Positions 24,844-38,082 of a stretch of DNA of 64,000 bases are shown here, one piece after another. A program made the position numbers and the translations under genes. The notes beneath the pieces were generated by a model that saw nothing but the letters and a program-made list of their open reading frames with translations, made no database searches and was not told the DNA's origin. Position 1 is the first letter of the stretch; every line of letters starts with the position of its first letter. Source of the stretch: Mobula hypostoma (Eukaryota); contig NC_086097.1 of assembly GCF_963921235.1 (NCBI RefSeq), forward strand, positions 84,508,001 to 84,572,000, read 5' to 3'.

Positions 24844-26159
24844 TTTTGCACTTTGACATCCTTTTGACGTGGTTTCAAGTAGTTTTCCTCACATGCCCAC
24901 AGCTGTGCACTTCAAGGAAGCCCTTATCCATGAATGTCTTGTCAGAAATTTGTAAAAATGAATTTGGGAGGTGGCAAGGGAATAGAGTAGGAATTAAAGT
25001 GAGTCCGCCAAATACTCCTTTTATCTTATTACTGCTAAAAGTCCTATGGTGGCTACAGGGGAGATAATTTATGGTGCAGTGGCTTATGGGAGTCCCATAA
25101 TTTGTTGGAATATTTAGAGCACAGCTTGCCCAAAGTGTACATGATGACATCATGCACCATAACAGTGCACATTAAGGAACTGAAATTGCTCCCCAACACT
25201 ACTTATAATGATTACATTAGCCTGATTTATGAAAGCCCTGTTTGTGCTACGTTAAGGCCTTCAAATTAAGATAAGTAGTCCAACAAATGTTGTAATGAAT
25301 TTCACACAACTTGCTACTATCGTTGTTACGATACCTCTGAGAACATTCTCACTCCTAAATGGCTTGCAAGACATCACAGGCTTTGATAATGTCTCTTCAA
25401 CTGTTCTCTATAGAAATGGTTTTGCTGGGGATATCTTGGTTAGAAAGATTTTTATCCCATTGTCTGTTTCCTTGGTAAGTTGCGGCAAGAAACATCGAGA
25501 AACGCAATTGTTTTGAACCAGCATCGCAGCGGAGCTTCAGTCAGGAATATTTGTTGGTTGACTGTTTAGCTATTTTCTCTGTTACTTTCAAATCCTTTCT
25601 CTCTTTCAAGTCCCATAAAGGTGTCAGGTAATACACAGAGATGTAAACACAGCAACAGATCTAAATGACGAAGTGTTTGATAGGAATCTGATCTTCATCA
25701 CGTCTCCACAAGGATATTTTAAAATGCAGACAGATGCTACCCAATACAATTATTCTAAACTAATGGGAGAATACCAAGCGTCTGCACCAATCGCAATCAA
25801 CTCCTATTGGTGCTCTATTGAATTATAAAACCCATAAGACATGGACAGCACTATTCAAAGATAAGGAACCCGTTTAAGAAAGGGGACTTACCAGTGGTTT
25901 TTCCTCCTTATTCCCATTTTTTTTGTCTCCCCACTTTGTTATTCTACATGCATAAGGATAGCAGGCTGGGTAAGTATTTCTACCTTACTATTAACAACTC
26001 ATTACACAAGTATTATTTATTTTATTTAAAATAAAATAAATAGAAGTCTCATAGCTAATGTGCTCATAATTGGCCCTGCAAAAGCATTTTGACTCATCCT
26101 ATCACAGATATTCTCTTTAATCTACACATTCCTTCCTCACCTTCCCTCACACTGAAAAT

Positions 26160-26290
26160 CCAAATTACAGCTTGCTCTTTTCCAGTTCTGACGAAAGCTG
26201 TAGGTCCCGACATGTTAATGTCTTCTCCTTCCACTGATGCTGCCTGATCTGCTGAGTGTTTTGAGCAGTTCCTGTTTCTGTTGTTAGGAT
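26160..26290 (+). mobile_element. Degraded Penelope-terminus fragment
   Basis: TTCTGACGAAAG...GATGCTGCCTGATCTGCTGAGTGTTT. Confidence 0.55.
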
Positions 26291-26684
26291 AGACCCAGCT
26301 TTAGAAATAACCACTGTTGATCCTCTTCTCACCTTCTCCACATTAAAATAGATCCTTTTAATGTACATTGATGTTACCAGGTCAACTTTGATAAAAGGAA
26401 ATATATTGAACACAGAGTACTTTTTAAACTGCAGACATCACAGTGATGCAGGAAATGCAACGGGGGGGGGTCAAACGGACAAGTTCAGTTGGGCAGGAGC
26501 AGGCAGAAACTGTGGGTCGACCCTTTGTTTAATTTGTGATCCTTGGCTAGGAGATGGAAATGGACAGAGAGGGGTTGGGGAATGTTGAGTTAGGAGGCTC
26601 ATTGCCACAGCCTCAATGCAACACGCACTTTGTACACAGCAAGTTCACACAACCAGAAAAATTAACCCTCCTCTGAGACTTTAT

Positions 26685-26948
26685 TTTTTTAGAGATAAGG
26701 CACTGAACAGGCCTTTCTGGCCCAATGAACCACACTGATCAATAACCCACCTATTTAACTCTAGCTTAATCACAGGACAATTTACAACGACCAATTAGCC
26801 TACCAGTCTTTGGGCTGTGGAAGAAAACCCATGTAGTCACAGGGAGGAACATGCAAACTCCTTACAGACCGTGTTGGAATTGAACTCTGAACTCCAACAT
26901 CCTAAGCTGCAATAGCATCATGCCAACCACTGTGCTACTGTGGTGCCC
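26685..26948 (-). mobile_element. V-SINE (HE1-like)
   Basis: Antisense V-domain ACCCATGTAGTCACAGGGAGGAACATGCAAACTCC; tRNA-like head at about 26900-26948. Confidence 0.7.
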
Positions 26949-28089
26949 CATTGGTTGAGAGATAAATACTGTACAAAATCTGGGAAGTAATCTCAACAGT
27001 GATCTCTTTTAGTGGTCCCTGACAATTTAATGTTTAAAGTTTTATACAGACTTCTACTTCTCCAGCATGTTTGGCACTCCTCATAGCACTCTCTCGCAGT
27101 AAAGGACAAATGTGCGGCAAAGGTCTGGTGAACGTTCCCCTGCCACTCTCCTAGCCCCCCTCCTCTCTCCTGCCACCTCCGGAGAATTATGAACAACTGG
27201 TTGAAGCCTGGAGGCATGCCTATTTCAGAAACAGGAGCATTTTCCCAATCACACCTACACGTCATTCCCAAACCACATCAGGCAAGAAGCTACACGTTAT
27301 AGAAACCAACTGGCCACTCATAAAAAAACTGCATCTTAGTTAACATAAACATAAGGTCTAATGCTAACCAAGGCAGAAGTCCCGATGGAACCATAGAATC
27401 CAGCAACAAAACTAAGTGCAAGCTACAACTCCCTGGTTTTGGCCCTGAAATTCAAAGCATGTTACAGAAGAATTATCTTGACCAATTGCCAGGGCTCCTC
27501 ACTGCAGTATCCAGCACCCACTCCCTGCTGGGTATTGGGAGTGAAATATCCAGGTTTTACTGCATCGGGTGATGTCCTGACTTTCAATAGCAGTTCAATA
27601 AGTATGGACATGTTTAGGCTTTAAAAAGTTTTGGGAATGGAGGCTGCTGGAGCTCAAACTGGTAGAAATGGAATAATGGCAAAATGGTTAATGAGATTTA
27701 AATGAAGTAGCAGTGTAAGTACAATGGGGGAGAGTGAATAGAGTGGGTGAGTTCAATGACAAATCAGGTGCAAAAAGAAAAATAAAGGAAAAGAAAGATT
27801 TGGTTGAGAGATATGAATACATTAAATAAATGGAAAGGAACTCTAGTATTTTATTTGTTTAATACCTCCATAAACTGTTAACAACCTTCGGGACAGAGAT
27901 TCTCCTCTGAAGCCATCCCTTAATTGTTTGCTTTCTGAGTCAGGAAGATTAAAATAGACATAGGGTGATAATAGCCAGATTTATGATTTTGTGTGCATTT
28001 GATTGGCAATCAACCCATAACAATGGACATCCATTTAAATTGAAAATATATATGCTACAAAACTTCATTAATGGAAATAACTCAAAACT

Positions 28090-28745
28090 ATGTAGCTCAG
28101 CTGATTGAGTTTTTCTCCAATCTTGGCAATCCATTTGCCAACGTTTCGTCATCATACGAGGAGACATCATCAATGCTCTGTTCACTGGTGGTGTTTCCTT
28201 CGAATGCTTGGCTTTTATATACTTAGCAATCAGTTGATTGGTCATCATTATGGAAATGCAATTATGATGTGGGGGGCATTGCTGATTGGTTGTGTGGCAA
28301 ACTCTGTGCATTGTCTGGAATTTTGCCCACATTGGCTTATAAATGAGATCCAGGTCTACATGTCTCTTTACAGAACTGTTTGTAGAAAGCCATGCTTCTA
28401 GGAATTCTCTTGCATGCCACATGCTTGTTTCGATTATGACTTTCACTGATGCCCAGTTGAATGCCCCTCTCGATCTTTAAGGGTAGAATCTAGGAAGGAA
28501 GAGTTGGTCATGTTGCTCTATAACCTGTTGATGTTCCAGGATCCTTCTAGACAGTTTTCTCCCAGTTTGGCCGATGCAACATTTGCTGCAGTCCCCACAC
28601 TGGATTTTGTAGACCACACTGGTTTTGTCCAACAGCTTGGTTTGTTCTTTAGATCTGCTGAGTTCTCTCCTCAATGTTGCTGTTGGTTTATGTGTGACTG
28701 AATTTCTAAGTTCTTGGAGCAGTGGGGCTGTCATGAAGGTCGAGA
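28090..28745 (-). mobile_element. Penelope family 2 fragment (GIY-YIG and terminus)
   Basis: TSVVYKIQCGDCSKCCIGQTGRKLSRRILEH; REFLEAW; hammerhead-like TGATGATGTC...GACGAAACGTT. Confidence 0.8.
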
Positions 28746-28749
28746 GGGG

Positions 28750-29108
28750 TACAGATTGGACTGGGCATCAGTACAAGCAAACATGTGGCATGCAAGATAA
28801 TTCCAAGAAGCATGGCTTTCTACAAACGATACTCTGAACAGACATGTAGACCTCGATCCCACTTACAAGCGAATACGAGCATAATTCCAGACAGCGCAGA
28901 GTTCACCACACAACTAATCAGCAGCAAGAACCACTCCCTATGTCACAACTGAGTTTCTGTAATGATGACCAATCAACTGATTGATAAGTCTGTGAAGGCC
29001 AAGCGTTCGGAGGACACACCACCAGTGAACAGCGCATTGATGTTGTCTCCTTGTATAGTGACGAAACGTTTGCAAATGGATTGCCAAGATCAGAGAACAA
29101 GTCAACCT
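28750..29108 (+). mobile_element. Penelope family 2 fragment, inverted relative to its neighbour
   Basis: Reverse-complement match to about 28100-28460. Confidence 0.75.
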
Positions 29109-29204
29109 AACTTTATTAATATTTTCACATGTTGTGTTACCCTGTGACATAATGTTGATATGTCAGTATTTGTCATTTATATACAACCCAGATGCAAACA
29201 GCTC

Positions 29205-30140
29205 AAAGTTCAATGTAAATTTATTATCAAAGTACGTATATGTCACCATATACTGCTCTAAGATTCGTTTTCTCGAAGGCATTCACAGTAGAACAAAAAA
29301 TACAATAACATAATGAAAAAACTACATACAAAGACAGACAGAACAATAAGAAAAAGAAGGGAAGGTGTACAAATACAAAATAAATAATAATAATAATAGT
29401 AAGCAAATAAATAATACAGAGAACATAAGATGTCTCCCCTCTCGCTGTGGAACGGGATCACCTCTTTTTCCCATATTAGCGAGAGAGAGAGAGAGTCCAT
29501 GGTATGTCGAATTACCGGGTGATGAGTAGTCTTTGGGATACTGCAAATCTGTGTCTTTCTTGATGCTTGCTGCATGCTTGAGTGCTTGGTGGAGGACGCT
29601 GATGCTTTTTTGCTGGTGGGGGTGGGAAGGTGTCGTTTCCTTGCTTATGCATGGGAAGGGGGTGCTGGGGGGGCTTTGGGGTTCTAACATTTAACTGTTA
29701 CTCCTCTGTTTTCGTGGATGATTGGGAAGAAAAAGAATTTCAGGATGTGTACATTTCTCTGACATTAAATGTACTGATTGAGTTATTGAAAGTGAGTCCA
29801 TAAGTTGTGGAATTAGTTCAGTGTTGAGGTGAGTAATATTAACTATGTTGTTTCAGGAGCCTGATGGTTGGAGGACATAAACTATGCGTGAAGCTGATGG
29901 TGTAGGACCTAAGGCTTCTGTACCTCTTTCCCGACGGCAGCAATGAGAAAAGAGCATGGGCTGGATGTTGGGGTCCTTGCTGAAGGATGCTGATTTCTTG
30001 TACAGTGCTCCCTGTAGATGTGCTCAGTGGTGAAGAGGGCTTTTCCTATGATGGACGAGGCTGTATCCACTATTTTTTGCACACTTAGGGCATTGGTGTT
30101 CCCAAACCAGGCCATAATGCAAACAGTCAGAAATGTTTTC
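29205..30140 (-). mobile_element. Rex1-like LINE 3' part, interrupted by an insertion at 29429-29780
   Basis: MAWFGNTNA...QKIVDTASSIIGKAL; shared 3'UTR and tail. Confidence 0.7.
29429..29780 (+). mobile_element. 5'-truncated copy of the 14597-15424 element
   Basis: Reverse-complement similarity to about 14600-14985. Confidence 0.75.
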
Positions 30141-30720
30141 CACAGTTTTCCCTATCACTGACATTAGACACACAACCCTTTAATTACTGGCTTATCCCCA
30201 CTGCCCTCCTGGAATAGGCACACCATAATCACTGTGCTCCAATCTTCTGGCAGCTCACCTTCAGCCTGCGAGGATTTAAAATTTTGGGACAACAACTGTC
30301 AGAACTTCTGTCCAACAAGTAGCTCTTGATTCCCAAGTCCGGTGTATCCTGACCATGCTAAAATAATAACTGCTGTTGGCAATAAGGAACACAACCTCTC
30401 TAAAATATTTCAGTGATCTACCTTCGTTCAGGGGCTCCATTGTTACCTGCTACTATCATTGAGCAGGAGATACAGAGACCTTAGGTCCCACACTACCATG
30501 TTCAAGGACAGTAATTGCCCTACATCCATCAGACTGTAGAACCAGTGTGGATAACTTCCTCACCTCAGCTCTGAACTCACACCACAACCTGCCATCTGGC
30601 AAAAGGTACCAAAGCATTCGGGCTTTCATGACCAGACTGTGCAACAGTTTCTTTCCCCCAAGCCATCAGACTCCTCAACACTCAGAGTCCAGACTGACAT
30701 CTACACAATTTATTATTATA

Positions 30721-32954
30721 CAGTCGGCCCTCCTTATCTGCGAGTTCCGCATGCGCGAATTCAACCAACCGCGAATCGAGAAAACCTGGAAGTGCTCTTC
30801 CAGCACTTGTTCGAGCATTAATCGCCCCGCGTCTTGTTCGTTTGCTACTTCATTCCTGTGAAAAAATGGCTCCTCAAAAGCAACTAGGTGGTCAAAGCAA
30901 TTCCTCAAAGGCTAAGAGGGAGCGTAAAGTGCTATCTCTTGCTGAGAAATTAGAAATATTAGATCTTTTGAAAAGTAGCATGTCGCATTCCGAAGGGCCG
31001 TAAGGTCAGTAAGAACAAATCGAGCATTTGCGCAATAAAGAAGAAAGAAGCTGAAATTCGTGGAAGTGGAAGTGCTGCCCCTACAACGGCAAAAATGGTC
31101 TCTCTGGTTCGTGATAAAGTGCTTGCAAAGACTGCAAAAGCATTAAGTGTGTGGCCAGAGGACATGTCACAGAAGCATATCCCCGCTGATGGCCAAATTA
31201 TACATGAAAAAGCTCTTAGCCTCTTTGACCACCACTGTGATGGGGTTGAGGGGAGCGAGAGAAAAGAGTTTAAGGCTAGTAAGAGATGGCTGGCTGGCTA
31301 TGTAAAGCGCTACAGCCTCAAGAACATAAAGATCACGGTAGAATCGGCATTGGCTAATGCCGAGGCCGCAGCAGCATTCCTAGAGGAGCTCAAGAAACTC
31401 ATCGAAGAGAAAGGATACCTTCCAGAGCAAGTCTTCAACTGTGATGAAACGGGCTTGTTCTGGAAGAAGATGCCCAATCGTACCTACATCCAGAAGAGTG
31501 CCCAGCAGGCCCCGGGGTTCAAGGGCTGGAAAGATTGCCTTACTCTGGTGCCGTGTGGCATCACAGCAGGCCACATGATCAAGCCAGGCCTCGTCTACCG
31601 AGCAAACAATCCCCGGGCCCTTAAGAACAAAAATAAAAATTGCTTACCTGTGTTCTAGCAACTCAACAAGAAGGCTTGGGTGACAGCGATCTTGTTCTTG
31701 ATATGTTTCCACCAGTGCTTCATTCCTGAAAGGAAGAAATACCTCGAAGAGAAGGGGCTGCCATTCAAGGCTCTCAACATAATTGACAATGCTCCTGACC
31801 ATCCCCAATCTCTCTGCTTCACCGATGATAATGCCTCCTAACACTACTTCACTGCTGCAGCCACTTGATCAAGGCATCATCAAGTGCATTAAGGCGACTT
31901 ACTCCCCCCTCACCTTCGGGAGGATTCGTGCTGCCCTTGATGCTAACCCTGACTGCAGCATCATGGATTTATGGAAGAAATTTACAACTGCAGATGCAAT
32001 TGTGCTTATTGCAGAGGCTGTAGACGCCGTGAAGCCCGAGACAGTTAATGCATGTTGGAACCCCCTATGGAGTGAGACAGGCAGTGATTTCAGGGGCTTC
32101 CCCACTATTGATGCAGAAGTCAGGAATATCTTGAATGTTGCAAGGGAAGTTGGCAGGGAAGGCTTCTCTGACATGATCGAGGACGATGTCGAGGAACACG
32201 TAGAAGAGCATAGAGAAACCCTCACCAACGAGGAACTCGACGATCTGCTGAGATCCTCTACAGAAAATGACGATGATGATGATGAAGATTTAGAGGAGGC
32301 AGGGCCATCAATTTGGACACTTGAAAAATTTGCAGCAGTTTTTCAACAGATGCAAGTGTTAAAGGATATGATCCTTCGATGGAATGAAGCCTCCGTGTCA
32401 CCCGAGGGATAACACCATGCCTAAAACCACTGCAAGATTTGTTTGAAGAGACAGCTTCCTATAACAATGTTTCTAACTAAACTATCTGCAATTCTAAAGT
32501 TTTGACGTTCAGTGCTTGAAGATCCTCACCCCTCAACCTCCGCAGCTCCTGACTTTAGTATTATTCAGCCTCCTGCAAAGCGTCCTTATTCCATAAACAA
32601 GACAGTGTAACAACTACTGTACAGGTATTACAAATTTTATTCGTTGTTTGATCATTATTCGCCTCGCGTCTCGTTCGTTCACTGCTTGTGTTGTGAGCGG
32701 GAGGGACATGGACCTTTTTTTTCTCGTCAATATTCCCTAAACAAACAACTATTTACATAGCATTTACATTGTATTAGCTATTATAAGTAATCTAGAGATG
32801 ATTTAAGGTACTTGTATATGGGAGGATGTGTGTAGGTTATATTCAAGTACTACGCCATTTTACATAAGGGGCTTGGGCATCCACGAATTTGGTATCTGCG
32901 GGGGGGGGGGAGGGGTCCCGGAACCAATTCCTCGTGGATAAGGAGGGCTGACTG
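30721..32954 (+). mobile_element. Full-length Tigger/pogo DNA transposon
   Basis: TIR CAGTCGGCCCTCCTTATC / GATAAGGAGGGCTGACTG; TA target duplication on both sides. Confidence 0.95.
30866..32560 (+). pseudogene. Tigger (CENP-B/pogo DDD) transposase, disrupted
   Basis: MAPQKQ...RKVLSLAEKLEILDLL; EFKASKRWL; QVFNCDETGLFWKKMP; PPNTTSLLQPLDQGII; multiple stops and frameshifts. Confidence 0.9.
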
Positions 32955-34656
32955 TATTGTAATTTGTCTTCTACTGTGCCTATTGCCTTGCTTATTAATT
33001 ATCGTACTGCCCTGCACTGTTTTGTGCAGTTTATGTAGTCCTGTGCAGGTCTGTAGTCTAGTGCAGTTTTTAATGTTGTTTTACGTAGTCTAGTGTAGCC
33101 TCGTGCTGTCTCACATAGTCTAGTGTAGTTTAGTGTTGTTTCATGTAGCACCATAGTCCTGGAGGAACATTGTTTCGTTTTTACTGTGTACTATACCAGC
33201 AGCTTATGGTCAAAATGACAATAAACTTGACCTGACTTGACTTGAACCTATAGACTCACTTTCAAGAACTCAGCAACTCAAGTTCCCAATATTGTTTATC
33301 TACTTTTTAGAAAAAAATATTTGCATGATTTGCCTTCTATTGCACTTCAGTTATTTGCCAATCTTCGTATAGTTTTTTTTTGTAAATTCTATTGTGTTTT
33401 TACACTTGTAAATATGTGCAAGAAAATGAATCTCAAGGTAGTATATGGTGATGTATATGTACTTAGATAGTAAAATTACTTTGACTGCTCTCCAAGCTGG
33501 TTCTGTTAAGGCACACTTGAACTGTTTAGAAGCGGATTGTAACTCTGCATTGGTCAGCAACAATCCATTCCATGTAAAACCTTCTGACCCACTTTTTCCT
33601 CCACCTGATGGCGTATAGTTAACCTTTTATTCTGACAGCCAATCATAGAAATTGGAAGAAGTTTATTTTTCCCATTTTCTTAGCGTGAATCATTTCTCAG
33701 TCAAAAGCAATACTTAGATTTAAAATCCTGAGCACCTGAGAGAATGAATATACAAATATATCTCAGCATTTGTTCAGTCCATAATACACGTGAAACCTGC
33801 AGTTCCTTTATTAGAACAGCTGCAGGCTGTAGCTTTAGTGAAAATGAAAGGATGAATGCACAGAGTAATGGAACATTTTTCACAGGTGCTCAAACCAAAT
33901 CCAGATTTTGGCATTTCTATAGAACACACATTTTTCACGTGGTTTCTTTTTTCAACAGCCAAGCACTTCAAAAGCAAAATAAATGAGACCATTTACCAGG
34001 CACCAATGAAAAAAAAAACTACACATTGCAAAAGTCATCCAAACAGAGCAAATCATTTTTACATTTCTCGAGAATTAACCGACTAAGTATGCCTTGTGTG
34101 TTGTGGCCAATAGTTTTTTTTTGATATTTTACTTTTTTTTAAATGACTAACGTGAATAGAGAGCCCAGCAATGAATTCTTTAAAAAGTTAAAAGTACAAA
34201 GATCGAAAGAAAAATTAAAATGCTGATATATAAAAAAGTAATAACATCTAGAAAAAAGAAGTTTAACTTTACAAGTAAAACTTTAATCAGGACTCAACTC
34301 ACTGCATTTCCAGTACTTAATTTTTTTTCAAAGAAATGAAAAAATGAATATCTTGCTCCATCTTACATGTAGGTTTATGGCCTCCGTTTTCTTGGATTAT
34401 CTGTTCATCGACCCTATTGAGGCATAAAAATGTTCCTTCAGCATACTTTCAAGTTAATTATAACCAACATTGATTTAAATCAACCAGTAGAAATAACGTA
34501 ATTAAAATTGGATTAGAGAGCTTCAGAATCAGAAGTGGTCCAGTTGACTTTTGGCTAATCAGTTTCTGCTGATGAAAGTAGAAAGGAACATTTTGTGCAA
34601 AACTGATCAAAGTTTGCCCCCACCCCTCCAAAAATAAAACCACTTGACAGTGCAAC

Positions 34657-35640
34657 ACCGTGCTGCTGTTAGTATAGCCTCTGCCTCATAACTCAAGCAG
34701 CCGGGGTTCAATCCTGACCTGGAGAACGCTGCATGGAGCTTACACCTTCTGCGTAAGATGGAAAGCCTTCTTCAATATGGCGGTGATATTACTGATTTGG
34801 AATAATCACACATGACGATGGGTCAGCTTAACAGAGCGAGACCTTATTGAGCGATACCACAAAATCGTCCTCTCGCTCAGTGTCAACAAAAATGAAGAGT
34901 TGACTCCTGACTAAATAGAGAATGTTAACCAGAGATCGGCAGTAGGTTCAGCAGCTTTAAATTTCTGGATTGGATGATCTGTCCTGGACTTAGCATATAT
35001 ATGTAATCATAAGGAAATCGTGCCAGTGAATTTTTCTTTCATAGGAGGTAAGGAGCTGGTCAGCAAACACTCCAACAAACTTCTAGACGTACTGTTTAAA
35101 GTATGCTAACTGGTTGCATCATGGTCTAGTATGGCAATACAAATACACAGGGATGTAAGAAGCTGCAGAGGATACTGGACTCTGTTCTATACAAAACACC
35201 ATGGACACATTCCTCCACACATTGGTAGTCCCTGCAGGGGGCGCTGCCTCAAGAAGATCCCCACCATCCAGGCCATGCCATCATTTCGCTGCTACCATAG
35301 AGCAGGAGGTCCAAAAGCCTGAAGTCTCACATCACCATGTCCAAGAACAGCTATTTCCCATTCACCATTTGGCTCTTGAAGCAATGGGCACAACCATAAT
35401 CATTACAGTTTTGCAACACAACACGCACTTTGACAACTTCGATTAAAATGGACTTTCATTTGTTTGAATCGTGTTTTCTTGTAAAAAATTGTGTATGATT
35501 TATGCTTCATTTTTGTTTTTCTTGTGGATGCTCATTATATGATGCTGTGTGCCCGTGATGCTGCTGTGGATAAATTTTTCATTGCTCCTGTGCTTACATT
35601 AACTTGTTACTATAACAAAAAAGACAGCTTTGACTTTGAT
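34657..35640 (+). mobile_element. V-SINE head fragment followed by an old Rex1-like LINE 3' half
   Basis: CCGGGGTTCAATCC box B; CTCTCGCTCAGTGTCAACAAAA, AGCTTTAAATTTCTGG, TGGTTGCATCATGGTCT; tail CTTTGACTTTGA. Confidence 0.6.
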
Positions 35641-36243
35641 ACATATTCACTTAAAATCTAGTTCTTCAGCCTAAAGAAGGCTCAATTCCAGAGACAAAGG
35701 CATTTCAGGACAACTAGACCAACTCAGACATACATGTTTTTGTTGAAATAAGGGGCTTAGAAAGAAGTAGCTATGAACCACCTGGCGGTTAAATTCAATG
35801 TGCAGGTAGACTGAAAAAAAAACAGGCTGGCACTGGATACCAAGAGAAGGAATTTACAGAATATTCCTGGGGTAAAGTTCCTTTCCAAGTCAACACAAAA
35901 ATGAGCAAGAAGGTCCTGAAGAGTGGGGGCATTTCAATAGCCTTAAACAGCTGCTGATTTTTATTATAGGAGATCAAAGCAGAATATAAATTTACTACTT
36001 GCAAACTTTTCTCTATTTGACACTACCCAGGAAACAGCACGCAAAATAAAAGCAGGATGAAGGCAGAAAATATATTCAATAGCACCAAATCCAGAATTGC
36101 TTTTTCCTTATGGGCATCACCAGAAGCTGCTCTAAAAAGGCACCTTGTAAACATTCTATAAATTCCTTGTCTTGGCATCCAGAGCCAACCTAATTTTCTT
36201 TCAGACTACCTGCACATTGAAATCCCCCATGCCAACTCTAGTA

Positions 36244-36397
36244 CAGGTCAACCTTCAATAATCCGACTACCTGTAATCCAGTTCCTTGGATAATCCGGCA
36301 CAGATTATGTTTAATGTGATCCTTCTGTAATTCGGCACTTCCACTAATCCGGCACTCCTCAGGTCCCAGTGGTGCCGGATTAGTGAAGGTCGACCTG
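36244..36397. mobile_element. 154-bp Tigger/pogo-type MITE inside a minus-strand CR1 fragment (about 36180-36555)
   Basis: TIR CAGGTCAACCTTCAATAATCCG / CGGATTAGTGAAGGTCGACCTG; TA TSD; internal TAATCCGGCA repeats. Confidence 0.9.
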
Positions 36398-36559
36398 TAT
36401 TACCTTTCTCACATGACTTTTCTATCTCCTGTTTAATTTGTACATGGCATCCTGGCTACTGTTTGGAGGTCTGTATGTAACTGCCATCAGGATCTTTTTT
36501 ACCCTTGCAGTTTCTTAACTCTACCCCCAAGGACTCTACATCTTCTAATTCCAAACAAT

Positions 36560-36900
36560 TTGTTTATAGATCACTACAGAATGTTTCTCTGGTGCTTCCC
36601 TCTCACTCCCCTCTCCCTGGTGATTCCTCTCTCCCTGATGAAGTCTCGGCCCGAAACATTGACATCTCTTTTCCATAGATGCTGCCTGGCCTGCTGATTT
36701 CCTCAAACATTTTGTGTGCATTCCCTTCTCCCATTCTCAGTCCACATTAGAGACCACTATCAGAATCAGGTTTATGTGTCATGATACCTTTTTGCAGCAG
36801 TGTGTATAAAATTATTACAGTACTGTGCAAAAGCCTTAGGCACCCTACCTTTATACATATGTGCCAAAGATTTTTGCTCTCTGTTGTATATATCACATCT
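36560..36900 (+). mobile_element. Penelope-terminus fragment with hammerhead motif, plus small adjacent repeats
   Basis: CTGATGAAGTCTCGGCCCGAAAC at about 36635; GATGCTGCCTGGCCTGCTG. Confidence 0.6.
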
Positions 36901-37350
36901 ATAAGAGCAGGTCAGAGGCTGGGGGTCCTGTAATATTTCTCACCTTCTGATACAGATGATACCTTTCCACCATCTACTCAGCATGTCAGGAAAATAGTGA
37001 AGGGACTGTGGCTGCAGTGTCCGCTGTGTACGAAATGAACTGCCATGATGTGTCCAGACCATTAAATCTATAATGTTTATAAGCAAGGAGGTCAAGGAAA
37101 GCAGGATCAAGGGAAAGCGATTTATTGAAGTAGGTTATGAGGATTGAATTACCTTTAAGATATCCTTCAGTGAAGATAATCAACATTCATCTGAACAACA
37201 ACACAAAGCATTTCAAAAGATTTTCAGTAAAAGGAAAAGATAACTCTTAAAAGTTACACACAGTCAGATATAACAAAGAGCTTCCCTTTAAATGTAAAGT
37301 ACACATACTGTGATACTCTTTGTGTATATGTAAAATTTTATATTTTAGAG

Positions 37351-38082
37351 CTGGGGTTAATAACATTTTTTATGCCATGGACCCCTTTGGCAGTCCACTG
37401 AAGCCTATGGCCCCTTCTCAGAATAATGTATTTAAATATATAAATTAAATATATAGGATTGCAAAAGAAACCAATTATATTGAAATACAGTCATCAAAAT
37501 ATAATAAAACAAATTTGTGATAAGTAACAAATGTGCTTCCTAATTCATTAAATAACAAGACCATACATTAAAATATAGACAACTTAAAATTAAATTTTAT
37601 TTTTTAAAGATGTATTGGCGTGAAGGCTGTTGCTGCTTAGCTTGAATAAGAAATTAAACTGTGGGGTGGTCTTTGACAGAGCGACATACATGTAATATTA
37701 GACATCCAATGGATTTCAATTTTTTGTTATAATGGTTACAAGTGTTGAAAATCCTGATTCGCAAATATATGTTGTTGCAAATGAAATTAAAGTTCTATAG
37801 CTTATTTTACAAGGTGAGAATAGGCTTCTCTCACTCCAATAGTAGTGAGTAATGTAAACCTTACACAGTAATGTGCTATGAAAATATCTGTGTCTTCTAT
37901 TGGTGACAAAGTCACAGGTACTGCTAGTACTACTGTGGTTTGTTGCCAACAATCATAATTGAATGGAATGCTAAATTTCAGATAGAAGTTAGTGAAAAAT
38001 AGATGTAAGTTTTTCCCCATCCAAGTTCATGGACCCCCTGGAATCCATCCACGGACCATAGACTCCAAGTTAAGAACCCCTG
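37351..38082 (-). mobile_element. Internally deleted hAT (Charlie/Cheshire-like) DNA transposon
   Basis: Exact 8-bp TSD TTTTAGAG (37343-37350, 38083-38090); termini CTGGGGTT / AACCCCTG; hAT dimerisation motif FATTYICESGFS on the minus strand. Confidence 0.9.

Larger units (their letters stand above)
30591..33245 (+). mobile_element. Rex1-like LINE 3' end with (CTTGA)n tail, split by the Tigger insertion
   Basis: LPSGKRYQSIRAFMTRLCNSFFP; 3'UTR resumes at 32955; candidate TSD AACCT. Confidence 0.7.

Noticed and set aside
25295..25620. Possible host exon with a minus-strand donor-like site
   Set aside because: All three minus frames hit stops and the plus ORF is not recognisable.
33030..33150. 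Repeated TAGTCTAGTGTAG units resembling a spaced array
   Set aside because: This is a degenerate tandem repeat in a LINE 3'UTR with no unique spacers; it is not CRISPR-like.
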